From Sphyrna mokarran (lineage: Eukaryota): a DNA stretch of 64,000 nt. Of this stretch, positions 13,311 to 27,200 are shown one piece after another. The notes beneath the pieces are model-generated. The model had not been told where the DNA came from and did no database searches. It saw only the letters and a list, made by a program, of their open reading frames with translations. The first letter of the stretch is position 1, and every line of letters begins with the position of its first letter. The position numbers and the translations under genes are program-made. The DNA lies in the NCBI GenBank assembly GCA_024679065.1, contig JAGIQG010000004.1:54312001-54376000 (forward strand), in the 5' to 3' direction.

Positions 13311-13959
13311 GTAAGAACATAATAAACTTAAGAATACAACAACTAGGAACAGGAATAGGCAAGTTAACACCTCTGCCATTCAATACGATCATAGCTGATC
13401 TCATGTCAGCTTCATCTGCACCTTCCTAACCATTCCCCACAACTATTCATCAGAGGGAGCAAACCATGTGACACACTACTAGTTACATCTTGGCGAATAG
13501 AAAAAGACCCATTGTTCCCACTTTCTGTTTTCTGTTGGTTAGTGAATCCTCTATTCAAACTAACATATTACCCCTAACCCCATTTTACTGTCGGTATTAA
13601 TCCTTTGTGTGGCACCTTATCAAATGCATTCTGAAAGTCCAGATATTCTGTACCTATAGAATCTGCTGTAATAATCTCATCTTTGAAGAGTTAGTTAAAC
13701 ATGATTTACTCTTCTTAAAGACATGCAGACTCTGATGGATTGCATTTTGATTTTCCAAAGATACCTTTACTACTTCCTTAATGAATAACATGCTCTTTTG
13801 GTGACCCAATCCAGGTCCCTGCTGCTGTGAGGCAGCCATACTAAGCACTGTCATCATACGTTATGAAAGAGAGCCTGATGTCAGTAGAGGGGAAAAATTC
13901 GAGTCCGATTGTTCAGGTTAAAATAACAATGCTTGGAAAACCGTGGCAGAATTAGACAG

Positions 13960-15270
13960 TGTGCATTTATGAGGGAAAGGATGCTTGACAAATCAACTGG
14001 GATTCTTCAATCATGTATCTGGTAGAGTTGATGATGGGGCTCCAATGGATGTGGTTTATTTCCATTTTCAGAATGGTTTTGATAGTTAAACACATGAGAT
14101 GGATAGGAAATTCATTGGCAGACGTAGAAATAGATCTCTTTCTAAATGGCAGGCAGAGACTCATGTGGTACCACAGGGATCAATGCAAGGACCTAAGTAA
14201 TCACAATTATGTATTAATGAACTTAGATGGAGTCAAGTACAATATATCCACATTTACAGATGAGATGAAGCTGGATGGGAGGATGAGCTGAGTGATGTAG
14301 AATACTTCGTCATTATTAGTTGGATAAGCTGAATGAGGTGGGCAAATATACAGCAGATGCAGTATAATGTGAATAAATATGAGGTTATCCCTTTTGGTAG
14401 CAAAAACGGGAAGGCAGGTTATTATCTGGCTGTAAGTTGAGAAGGAGGAATGGGCAATGTGATCGGGGTGTCCTCCTAACACCCGTCACTGAAAGAAAGG
14501 AAATGGTATGCTGGCCTTAGTGAGAGGATTTGAGTAGCAGAGCTGGAATTAGTTGGCAGTTACAACTTTAATATGCTCCAATGATCCCGTTCTTATTGCT
14601 GACTCTGAAGAGAAACTGAAAGATTTTGGATTGAGTTCAGTGGAAGTGAGAAGGGCTGAGCGTAAATTGTAAAAATGTTTAGCAGTGTCCAAAAAGAAAA
14701 TCAGTGCAACCAAGAAATAAGACAAAGACTGCAGTGGTTAAAGATGCATTTCAAAACTCCAAATTAGCTGTGAAAGCAAAGCTGAGAATTCTGGAATACT
14801 ATAACATAATTGTCATAAGGATTGCTGTAATTATACAAGGTTTTGGTGAGGCCACACCTGGAATATGGTGTGCAGTTTTGGTCTCCTAGTGTGAGGAAGG
14901 ACATTCTTGCTGTACAGGGAGTGCAGCAAAAGTTCACCAGGCTGATTCCTGGGATAGTGGGACTGATGTCTGAGGAGCAGTTGAGGTGGGCAGGATTGTA
15001 TTTGCTGGAGATCAGAAGAATGAGGGGGCAATCTCATAAATGTATAAAATTCTTGCAGGACCTGATGTTGGGGGGAGTCTAGAATCAGGGATTATAGTCC
15101 ACAGATATGGGGTAAATCTTTTTTAAGACTGAAATGAGAAGTAATTTCTTCACGCAGAGAGGGGGGCTTGTGGCATTTAATTTCAGAAAGGATTTGAGGC
15201 CAAAACATGTTGTTCTCAAAAAGGTAGATTAATTCTTGGGCAAAGGGAGATCAAAAAGTGTGGGGAAAAG
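13960..15270 (+). mobile_element. Degenerate CR1 with an RTE-like fragment inserted (~14555-14830)
   Basis: VRPHLEYGVQFWSP...QKFTRLIPG; the internal piece reads VLIADSEEKL and KDAFQ...KLRILEYY. Confidence 0.65.
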
Positions 15271-15351
15271 GTCGGATTGAGTTGGAAGATACGGCACAAT
15301 GGTCAGCACTGCTGCTTCAGTGCCAGGTACAGGTTTCGATTCTGGTGAGTT

Positions 15352-16240
15352 CTATAGAACATAGAACATAGAACATAGAACAATACAGCACAGAACAGGC
15401 CCTTCGGCCTTCGATGTTGTGCCGACCAAAATAAAAAGCAATGCCCCTCCTAACTAAACCATTCCCTTCTCATCCATATACTTATCAACTAACCTCTTAA
15501 ACGCCACCAAACTTGGCGCATCTACAACAGCTGCAGGCAGGGCATTCCACTCCCTAATCACTCTTTGAGTAAAGAACCTACCTCTGATATCCGTCCTATA
15601 ACTCATACCCCTTAATTTAAAGCTGTGTCCCCTCGTGCTAGCTTTCTCCATCCTAGGAAAAAGGCTATCACTGTCCACCCTATCTAAACCTCTAATCATC
15701 TTATATGCTTCAATAAGATCCCCTCTTAGCCGCCTCCTTTCTAACGAAAACAACCTCAAATCCTTCAACCTCTCTTCATAGGACCTGCCCTCCATACCAG
15801 GCAACATCCTGGTAAACCTCCTCTGTACCCTCTCCAATGCCTCCACATCTTTCTTATAATGTGGCGACCAGAACTGCACACAATACTCCAAGTGCGGCCG
15901 CACTAGAGTTTTGTACAGTTGCAACATGATGCTGCGGCTCCTAAATTCAATCCCCCTACCAATAAAAGCTAAGACTCCATAAGCCTTCTTAACAACTTTA
16001 TCCACTTGACTGCCTACTTTCAGGGATCTATTGACACATACACCAAGATCCTTCTGTTCCTCAACACTATTAAGAGCCCTACCATTAGCCCTATACTCTA
16101 CACATTTATTGTTCCTGCCAAAGTGCATTACCTCACACTTTTCCACATTAAACTCCATTTGCCACCTCTCGGCCCAGCTCTGCAACTTGTCCAAGTCACT
16201 CTGTAAACTAAAACACCCCTCTTCACTATCTATCACTATC
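15352..16240 (-). mobile_element. Young 5'-truncated CR1 (HER1-type) inserted into a SINE
   Basis: Open ORF 15454-16245 ([18 protein letters not shown]); (TTCTATG)n tail; SINE halves on both sides. Confidence 0.95.
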
Positions 16241-19200
16241 CACACTATCTATCTGTGGAGTTTGCACAATTTCTCCACATCTGTGGGTTTCCTCCAGATG
16301 CTGCAATAAGCGAAGTTGGATTAGCAATTGTAAAGGCTCAGTTATGAGAATCGGCCTGAAAAAGATGCTCTTTTCAAATGTCCTCCTGCACTGTAAGTGT
16401 TCTATGATCTGCCCATGATACTGAATGGTGTGTTCTGAACTTGCTGTTTTCCTGCCAAGTTTAGGCTACTCTGTTCACTAGCTAAACAATGAGGATAGCT
16501 ATTTTAATAGATGCCAGTTCTGTATTTGTGAGATAGCTTTGTTTCTGCTGGTGTCTAATGATCTGTGTTTGATTACAGCACTGTTTGCAGTATCAAAGAA
16601 TTACAATCTGGTTTCTGCAACCTTATTTGAGCTTTATACAATGCTCCAGATTATAGACCCATCATCTCCAGTCTTCCTCAGCTTTTGAGCAGGTAATAAA
16701 GGAATATAATTCTTGCACACTACTTATTCAGATTTATAGATTGTTTAAAACTTAGAGGGGAAAGCTCAAGAGGGGAATCAGCACTAATTTGTTCTATTAT
16801 TTTTGCATTGGCTTTTTATAGTAGTTGCCTTAACTGCAGACAATAAATGTACCAATTTTGAATCTGATCTACACTGAAGTATTTGGATCCTTGCATCTTA
16901 AAAGTAAGACGGAGAGAATGGGACTAACTGGGAATCTACATAGAATATTGTGACAACACGTAGCATGTTTTTTTTTGTCAACATGATTGCCTTATTTACT
17001 ATCTAATGTGTATTCGAGCAAATTAAACTCTTCTTTCTTTTCCCTACTTACATTAGGGAAATGAGTAGGCCTTTTAACCCTGTAAACCTATTCCATGATT
17101 CAGTGATGTGATGGCAGACCTACGACCGAACTCCAAATACAAGGCATTCTCTCTCATGCCCCATGCTATTTCTTTAAATTTCTATGAAAGGCCTTGTTCT
17201 TGAAATAGTGTGAAACTGAAGAGACATTCTGATTTAGAAACCCTTTTTAAATCATCCAGAATCTTCCTGTAGAAACCCTGCATTAGCAAATTCAGCCCAT
17301 TGTGTCTTGTATGTATGGTTAATTGGATCTTCAGGTGAAAATTTTTGCTTTGTAAATTGCTGCAACTGCCAGTACTTAATGGAATGAGGGGATTTTTGAA
17401 ACTCTCAAACAACAAGGTGAAGTGCATCTTATGAGAGATAAGGATTGAGAAATAGGGTGGGTTGTGTCCAATCTGAACAGGATACAAAGATTAGATTGGT
17501 GAGGAAAAATCCATTGAAGGGGTACTTGTGTGATCAAAAATTATTAAGTTTAATTTTGTGGCCAGTTAATGAACTGTTAATATAAAAATCTCATGGGACT
17601 TTGACTTCTCACAAAAAAAATGATATAGTTTGCCCAGCAACCTGTGGCAATTCACAATTTTGGGAATAGCTCTTCAATATCAAGTTGGTAGCCAGTTTTC
17701 ACATAAGCAGTCTGTAATTGGGTTACATCTGCTGCTCTAGTGCATACAATTGGGCAGCCTGAAAACTAATGCAGCTTTCTTGAAATGATTTAATTAATGC
17801 CTTATAATTAATTGCATTGTTCATATTTAAGAGAAAATCAATTTCTTTACAATAAATGTTTACATTTTCCAATGTATCTCTTTTAAATTCTAGGTTTATT
17901 TTTATTTATAACTGAAATTTATGAATATCTCAGACAATATCATGGTGGCCATCTAAATCCAGTTTCCCTGAACATTGACCATGGCTTCTATCAGCCACAG
18001 ACTTGATCAGTTTTTCAAATCCAACCAATGGTATTTTGTAGCACCTACCCTGATTGGCTGGTACTTCTGTTCAACTCTACAATGAATGAAGACAAAGAAT
18101 TAACTGGCTCATTTTTTTAAAAAGAAGAAATGTTTCTTTCTGCTTGAGTAATTGTTGCATTTTCTACTTTATTAGATGGATAAAAATAACTTTTTTGAGG
18201 GTTTTAATTGTATAGAGAGATTTCACCCTGATCATTTTGACTTTGTAATTGGATGTAGCGCTCAATCTAGTAGGATTGGCAATTCACTGAATGGGTTTTG
18301 TGGCTGAGTTCTGTGATAGAAAATGTTTCACTGCTCCTCTTGCTGACCAACTCAAATCACAAACATATTTAGTTTTGTTTATGATTATATCTGAGAGTCA
18401 TGGGTTGAGATTTTAACTTTCACCTGTTTTATACAAATGAATGCTTTCTGCTCATTCCATGTGATTAAAGTGTGTAAGTAACAATGACTACTTGACTACT
18501 GCTGGTTTGTGGGTCTGTCCAATTTGCCCCAATATCTGCTGAGTATGATTTAGATTGTCTGAGGTATTTTAAGCTTCAGAAAATTGCAATGCCCAGAATC
18601 AGTGGGAACTACAGTAAATGCCAGATTGCAAGCAGTCATAAGGCTATTTGCATATCTTAAGTTTTTATTTAAGAAAACACACACTGAGTCTTAAAACTAT
18701 AAGCAATTTGAACTGCACTAAAATATTGAGGTTAGCCCAAAAATTGTAATTCTGAATGGTAATAAACCAAATGCAGGTCTAGGAGCCTTGTGTTCCCAGT
18801 TGGTGGGAAAATTGTTTATTTATGACTAATTTTGCATGGGAAAGATGTTGAATTCTTTCATAGCAAGAAATCTGGAAGTTCGAATATGAGACTTTTAGAA
18901 TCATTGTTGACTGTAGTAGCTCCAGGCCCACTATAATCTTGGTGATAAGTGAGTCCTTGGCTGTATTATCCACACTTGCATATAGAATCTTGCCTGTCTT
19001 GAATCTGTATGTCTACAGTGTTGCCCATCACCCTGGTAGAATGGAATGTTAGAACATCACCTTTGGCAGATGTAGGATGCAATGAAAAGTGCTGTTGGTA
19101 GGATTGCCGTAATCCTATATAATTAAACTGCACTGAAAACATTGCAATTTATACAATGTTTTGCCTTAAAATTGGTTGGTGCCACGAGAGAATTCTAAGG

Positions 19201-19624
19201 ATAGTAAAGTAAGAATGGAGCCATCTCTAGTGGGAGTGATTTCAAAAAAAAACTTTAGTGTGCAGCACCTGACTTTATATGGTCCTGCTGGCATTTGATA
19301 AGACTATCACTGGTTTTGCTGTAGCTTTGACAACCTAAAAGAACTAAACAGTTGGTTAAACCTTTTGTGGTTTCCGTCCATCTCCGTCTTCTTGGCCCGT
19401 GTTTCTTATCACCTTTCCACCCCCCCAATGCCAAATAAAAATTTAAAACTGATCTCCATTTTCAGCAAAGTAACCCTTTGAAATTTCTTAATCTGTGTCT
19501 CCAATCCCTCTATTCTTAGTTATCGATCTGACCATGGTTCCTGTATCATCTAACTGATAGAAATTAGTTGATGTACAATGTTTATGCACAAGGTTCACTA
19601 ATGTGTTTAGCCAGCTGGCACATC

Positions 19625-19900
19625 TTATATCACTGCATTGGAAATTGCAGTGGTTAGCTCTGCTGTCTGTGCCAGAGACCTACATGTGATTCCTCGCATG
19701 GGTCACTGTGTGTAGTTTGCACATTCTCACAATGTGGGTTTCTTCCAGATGATCCAGTTTTCTTCCACATTCTGCAGATGTGTTGGTAAGGTTGAACATG
19801 CTAAATTGCCCCATAGTGTCAGGGGGTTAGTAGGGCTATGAGAGAGGTCCTGAGTGGAATTGCAATTGGCCACCTTCTGCACTGTAGGAATTCTATGACA
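19625..19900 (+). mobile_element. HE1/V-SINE-type SINE
   Basis: cagtggttagc A box, gtttgcacattctc core, catgctaaattgcccc, attctatga tail. Confidence 0.7.
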
Positions 19901-21086
19901 GCGCAGGTGGTGTCTGTTAGCTAAAATGTTTCCTTGACCTTTGGCTCTTTTGGTTTGACTAACTGAAGTGTACTTCCCTGGGAGCAGCACTAAAATGAAG
20001 CAATTTTTCAGTAATTGCTGTCCATAAAGTATTCTGATTAGCCTAGTTGTGTTTTCTCCTTTTTTAAAAGGTAGGATTATATTGTTGCAGGCAACAGGCT
20101 GATCTGTCCCTCTTTTGAAACTAGATAGCATATTCTTGGGTTCTATTAAATAGTTTGAATTTTGCAGAATGGTGGTGCATTGAAGTTCCCATTATCCTTT
20201 GCCACATTATTGGTGATTACAACACGTTTCCTGTTGCTTCAAACAGAACAAATTTTAAAAAGAAAACTGTTAAGTACAAATATTTGTTTTATTGAAGTTG
20301 AATTGATTGGTACCTAACGCTCCATAAGGAATCTCCAAATCTGATCTCAAACCATGGAAACTCAATTTTAAGAACTATCATAAACTGACATTATAAATCT
20401 ATATGACTTGGTTGATATCGTTTCAAACTTGAGCAAATTTATGATGCGCTACTCAAAGAAATAAAATATTTGCAAAGCCTTCTTGGTATGGAAAAAATCA
20501 CCTGATATTAGACTTGTTTCATTGGATCAGTGACCAATTCTCTTGTTTTACCACCTTAGCTTTGTGGATTCTCACCATTGGTCTGTACTTTAATTGCAAT
20601 AAACGAAACTGTATGGTTAGTGAACAAATATCAGGAGTCCTTGTGACACAGTGGGCACCTGCTTCTGAGGCAGAAGATCTGGGTTCAAGTCTGATCCAGG
20701 AGTTGCTTATCAAGAAATGTTGGTCAAGGAATGATGCTAAATAAGTTGAGTAACTTGCAAATCCTTAATGGACTCCAATGGTAGACAGTAAAAACAGGAG
20801 AAATTTCCACATAATGGTCAGCCATGTGATGGAAATTAATTGAAGCCTCTACTATCACTACCCACTTGGGGTTGAACATAATGCGTGTTATTAGAGCAAC
20901 AGACTCCTTGGAGGGCTAAATAGCTGGTGTCTATCAGACTGGTACCAAAAGTTGGATTAATATCCAGACTGGAGTGGATTCCTGGCTGTGAGGTCAGAGT
21001 GCTGTAGATTAGATCTGCCTTCAGGCACAGTTGGGGAAACAAATACCTGGGTCTACTTCTATAAAAAGCTCAATTTTGAGTTGTGT

Positions 21087-21230
21087 TTAGATTTTCAACT
21101 TCTCTCTCTTTGTCATGTTTATTTCTGCATACTCTACATGTTTGTCTTCCTGTTTAAATTTTGATGCTTTCTTGAAGTGAGCAAGCTGCAGAGTGGCGTA
21201 AGTCAGCTTGTTATCTCCGCGTTGTTTAGT
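21087..21230 (-). CDS. Terminal cytoplasmic exon with two ITIMs (cluster A, exon A3)
   Basis: Acceptor ctttcacag|, phase 0; [47 protein letters not shown]; a minus-strand AATAAA lies at 20293-20288. Confidence 0.85.
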   Translation of the reverse strand, partial: TKQRGDNKLTYATLQLAHFKKASKFKQEDKHVEYAEINMTKREKLKI

Positions 21231-24200
21231 CTGTGAAAGCAATATGTAATATTTGTTAACGCATCAGCTCATTATTTGCGGCAATCAGGTTTTTAAAAAG
21301 TTTTCTTTCATTTCAAGTCACAGTTAATAAGAACACAGCCCATCAAGTTTAAAGAATTCTCTTTGGAGCAATTTAGTCCCCTTTTCTCTTTTGCTAGATT
21401 TTTGAAATTATTGGTTTCTGTTTCCCTTTATCCCTGGCAGCCCACAAACACATCTCCAACCTGTTCTTAATCTCCACTCCTCCCCCAAGTCCTTGCCCAA
21501 AAACCACATTCTTGTACCATCAGTTAATGGAAACACCACAACGAATCTTTTCTCCAAAGAGAGAAATGCTAGCTTTTCCATGCGTAGAACCATTTTACAT
21601 TACCCCTGTAGGGCTCACACATATAAATGTGTGCTGACCTGAGCAGGCTGCAAAATCTGTGGCCTAACCAAAACTTGATAAAGTTTTAATATTAAAACTA
21701 TGGAATCCATCTATGTGTGCACTAATTATCCAGACCCCAAACCCTCTCTATCCTATAACCCTGTGTCTTCAGTATCCCTAGCTTACATAATCTACTTTTC
21801 ATGTTTTACTAACCACTCTCTTACAATGTCCTGCACTACCACCTTCAATGATTGATATACATAGAATCCCAGCTTCCAGTTCTGCACTCTGTTTAGAACT
21901 GTGCCAGTACATCTACGGTGTTTATCCCTATCCTTCCTGCCAAAGTCCAGCATCTTGTGTTTTTAGATTGCATTTTGCCACTAATCTGCCTATTCCGCTA
22001 TTTGTGTCCTGAAGCAGCCCATTAAAACTCATCCTTTGTTAGCTCCTCCAAATTTGGTATCATTGAGAATTGTTTGTATTGGTTTTATTTTGGGTCTCTC
22101 TCCTCTTCAAAGTCTTTCCCCAAATCGTATTAGTATTCTGTTTCAATCTTAACGTCTCCTGCTATTATAACCAATTTAAGACAGCAGATGCATACTTCAA
22201 TTAAAATAGCAGACAAATGAATTTCATACTTGCAGACTGATGGTTACTTGGATGCTGTGATAAGCTACATACGGGGTCATGTGGTAGGAATGCAGGTCGA
22301 TGCACCATGCTGTGCAGAGTATTCCATAAACTGTTTTGTTCTAATACTTGGTCACCAGTTATTGGAATCCCCAAAGAATATTTGAATTGCTGGTATTACA
22401 ATTGGGGCTTAAGACTGAATTTTGCATGAGCCCTGCCAATTTATCTGATCTATCTACTCTCTGGGTCAAGGTTTCAAGATCCTATTTACTCACTGGGTTC
22501 CTCTCCCCTCTTCCCCCATCCCCCAATCTCTGGGTCATGAGGCAAAAATGAATGCTAGTTGAGATCAGTCAACACCATCAGTTAGTTGATTTTAAATGTG
22601 GGGCCTTGCCAATCACTGCAGCTAAGTGTAGTACCACTTAACAATGACAGTGTTTCAATTAATGATCTGAGCTGTACTGGAAATATACAATGCTCTTCTC
22701 TATCTGTATGTGTTTGCATTTTTCCTAGTGCTGGTTTCGACAGGGGCGTTGTTATGTGAGTTTCTTATTTTGTGGTTTAGAACATCATCATGGCCAACCC
22801 CAAAAAGGAAACAGAGTCCAGTGTCCTTTTTATGTTGCCTCTGATTGCTTTTTGCAAATAAATCCGTTGGAGATATGCTGGTGCTTTATTGGACAGAATA
22901 AAATAAGTCCTAAGTCAAACCACCCTCTGTGACAACAGAGTATTGATCTTGGATGAAAACAGTTTGGATATTAATTGGCCCTACCTGGGAATAGGTGGAG
23001 TGCTCTGCCTCATGTCTCCGTTTGGAGAATCCATTCTCATATTAGTACCATCAGTTAATTTAGCTGTATGCAAACAGAATCATTTCTTTTTACTACATTT
23101 CTCTTCTCTGACCATATTTGTTCCTGCACTTTTATGTTTGTGTGGTCTGCTCCCGTCAAATTGTGGCTATTATCACTCATATCTTTAACCTGCACTATTG
23201 CCTTGTTCTTTTTTTCAATTCTCAGAACGAGTCACCTTCCTAATACCTTTGATTATGATACAAAATGTATTAACAAGCATCTGGGCATATAGGAACCTCC
23301 TATTTTTGGAACAAGTTGAATTATGAAAATGTTATCAATTGGTAGAATATGTCACAATAAATACTAATACTTATCTTGCCCTTATAAATAATAGAATCCC
23401 TACAGTGTACAAAGAGGCCATTCTGCCCATCAAGTCTACACTGAATCTCAACATCTTTCTCAGGCCCATCCCACTGCCTACCCTCATAACCCTACACATT
23501 TACCTCACTAATCCCCCTAACTTACATGTTTTGGGATACTAAGAGATAATTTAACATGGCCAGTTCACCTACCCAGCACATTTTTGGACTCTGGGTGGTA
23601 ACTGGACCACCCAGAAGAAATCCACACAGATAGGGGGAGAATGTGCACGCTACACACATTGACCCAAAGCTTGAATCGATCCGAAGTCCCTGGTGATATA
23701 AGACACCACTGTGCTCACCACTGTTTCACCCTTAATAATAAAAGCACGTGGGCAAAAAAGAAGGAATTGACGCTACAACATTATAAATCTCTTTGGTGTA
23801 TCATACCCCATTCTGGGAACAACATTATTGGGAGTGTTAGAAAGTAGGCGTAGGTTCAAGTGATCTCAATCTGTATTGCTGAATATTAGAAATAAGGTAT
23901 AGATTTATGTGAGTTTACTTTAATGTTTCTGTGTAAGAAAGGATAAAACTCCGATAGATTATTGTTAAACAAAGGTGCATACGTGCATGGGGGTGAGGAG
24001 AGGGGAGGCGTTGGTTTCATTTAAAACTGTTTCTATTGTGCTTAGAGAGTTTACAGTATGAAAAGCAAGCATGAGAAAGATTGAGCTTTTGTTTACCAAC
24101 TAGGCCATCTTTAGGGGAAAAAAGCCCTTGTGTTTTTAATTTAACTGAACCCATGGCAGATAGGTCTTAGCAGCTAGAGAGACAACAGCTCACTCAGTTC

Positions 24201-27200
24201 TGCCAGAAAGATGACAGTGAAGTAAATGCAAGTCCCAGAAACTAAAAAACAGTTAGTTCTAGAAACCAGAGAATGGAAAGAGATGTTGCAGGAAACTGAA
24301 GTTTTGAGAACAAGACTGAAAAAACTGAACAATTGTACTATTTATTGAAGTTAAGGACAGAGCTGAAAAGTACAGCTTAGTGAGAAACCAAACGTCTGAA
24401 GTAATCATAAGATTGGTGATATCTTGTTGCAGCCTGTGAAGCAAAAAGTGCTTGGCTGTTCAAGACAAATAAGTTACTGAAAGGATAGTTGGAAATCCTG
24501 GAAATGAATCCTTTCGAGAAACAGTTGAGGGAAAGCATGATTTGAAAGAAGGTTTGAAGGCATGCCTTTTTGAGAGTGATGACGTGCAGTTGCTGGCATT
24601 GGACTAGGGTAGACACAGTAAGTAGTCTCACAACACCTGGTTAAAGTCCAACAGGTTTAATTGGTAGCAGGAGCTGCGGAGCTTTTGGAATACTACCTCT
24701 TTATCAGGTGAGTTTCTCCTGATGAAGGAGCAGCATTCTGAAAGCTCGTGCTACCAAATAAATCTGTTGGACTTTAATCTGTTGTTGTGAGACTATTTAC
24801 TTCCCGAAAATGGAGTCTAAAAAGACTCGTGTAAATGGTAGAGTCCAGTGATGTTAGTTGGCTCACAATATAATAAGCATCTGGGAGAATGAGGAAAAAA
24901 CAAAGAAGTTTGATTAGGAGCATCAGAGTTCGTGTTATCTGACCACAGTTAGCCTGTTGCATTACAAGGATTGTGCATTTATTGAGAATATTCTAATCTA
25001 AGATGTATTTTGCAACCTGCATCATCCTTAAGATTTCCTGTTGCTAAAAGCTAATTGACAGTCCAGTGATTCATTTCATCCACATTTTCTAAAATAAAAT
25101 GTAAAAGTTACTGTCTTTTACTTTAACTTTAACTTTACTTTAACTTTACTAATATTGATTGGAATAGCTATAGCTCTAGCTCGTTAGAGGGGTCAGTTTT
25201 TATACAAAGTGTGCAGGAAAGTTTTTTGACTCAGTATGTAGATAGGCCAACTAGAGGTGAGGTTACATTGGATTTGGTGCTGGGCAATGAGCCAGACCAG
25301 CTGTTAGGCTTGGAAGTTGGTGAACATTTTGGTGATTGTGACCACAATTCGGTTACGTTCACCTTAGTGATGGATAGGGATAGTCATGAAGCTGGGGGCA
25401 GTAGTTATAGCTGGGGGAAGGAAATTATGAGGCCATAAGGAGGGAATTAGGGTGCATAGGTTGGACTAGGAAACTACAGGGACTGGGAACATCTGAAATG
25501 TGGAGCTTATTCAAGGGGCAGCTGCTGCGAGTCCTTGATAAGTATGTCCCTGTCAGGCAAGGAGGAAATGGTCGAGTAAAGGAACCTTGGTGTACGAAAA
25601 AAGTAAATTCGCTGGTTAAAAGGAAAAAAGAGGCTTATGTCAGGATGAGGCTTGAAGGCTCGGTTAGTGCAATGGATAGCTATAGATTAGCCAGGAGGGA
25701 GCTAAAGAGTGAGTTGAGGAGAGCTAAGAGGGGACACGAGAAGACTTTGGCTGATAGGATTAAGGAGAATCCTAAAGCTTTCTTTAGATATGTTAAGAAT
25801 AGAAGATTGGTTAGGGCAAGATTAGGGCCAGTCATAGACAGCAGTGGGAAGTTGTGCGTGGAGCCTGAAGAGATTGGAGAGGCACTGAACAAATATTTCT
25901 CTTCGGTATTCACGCAGGGAGATGTAAATGTAGTTGTGGAGAACACTGAGGTACAGGGTTGCAAACTGGAAAGTATTGAAGTAGATAGGGAGGATGTGCT
26001 AGATATTCTTGAGGGTTTGAAGTTGGATAAGTCCCCTGGGCCGGACGGGATTTAGCCTAGGATTCTCTGGGAGGCAAGAGAGGCGATTGCAGAGCCTCTG
26101 GCTCTGATCTTCAGGTCGTCGTTGGTTACAGGTATAGTTCTGGAAGACTGGAGGATAGCGAATGTGGTCCCATTGTTCAAGAAAGGGAAGAGAGACTTTC
26201 CAAGGAATTATAGGCCAGTGAGTCTTACTTCTGTTGTGGGCAAAGTATTGGAGAGAATTATTAGGGATAGGATTTATAGTTATTTAGAGAGAAATGAATT
26301 GATTGGGGATAGTCAGCATGGTTTTGTGAAGGGTAGGTCGTGCCTTACTAACCTTATTGAGTTTTTTGAAAAAGTGACCAAAGAGGTGGATGGGGGTAAG
26401 GCGGTTGATGTGGTATATATGGACTTTAGTAAGGCGTTCGATAAGGTGGCCCATGGAAGGCTTCTGCAGAAAATGCAGATGTATGGGATAGAGGGTGATT
26501 TAGCTAATTGGATTAGGAATTGGCTAGCAGATAGAAGACAGAGGGTGGTGGTTGATGGGAGATATTCATCGTGGAGTTCGGTGACAAGTGGTGTACCTCA
26601 GGGGTCTGTTTTGGGGCCCCTGCTGTTTGTAATTTTTATAAATGATCTGGATGAGGGTATTGAAGGATGGATTAGTAAATTTGCAGATGACACTAAAGTC
26701 GGTGGAGTGGTAGATAGTGAAGAGGGGTGTTATAGTTTGCAGAGAGACTTGGACAAGTTGCAGAGCTGGGCCGAGAGGTGGCAAATGGAGTTTAATGTGG
26801 AAAAGTGAGAGGTAATGCACTTTGGCAGGAATAATAAATGTGTAGAGTATAGGGCTAATGGTAGGATTCTTAATAGTGTTGATGAACAGAGGGATCTTGG
26901 TGTATTTGTGCATAGATCCCTGAAAGTAGGCAGTCAAGTCGATAAGGTTGTTAAGAAGGCATATGGAGTCTTAGCTTTTATTGGTAGGGGGATTGAATTT
27001 CGGAGCCGCAACGTCATGTTGCAACTGTACAAAACTCTAGTGCGGCCGCACTTGGAGTATTGTGTGCAGTTCTGGTCCCCACATTATAAGAAAGATGTGG
27101 AGGCATTGGAGAGGGTACAGAGGAGGTTTACCAGGATGTTGCCTGGTATGGAGGGCAGGCCTTATGAGGAGAGGCTGAGGGATTTGAGGTTGTTTTCGTT

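Noticed and set aside
18760-19112. Possible Ig-domain relic (KGDVLTFHS ... NSTSFPCKISHK)
   Set aside because: No canonical Cys/Trp frame and multiple stops; its position does not fit a gene order.
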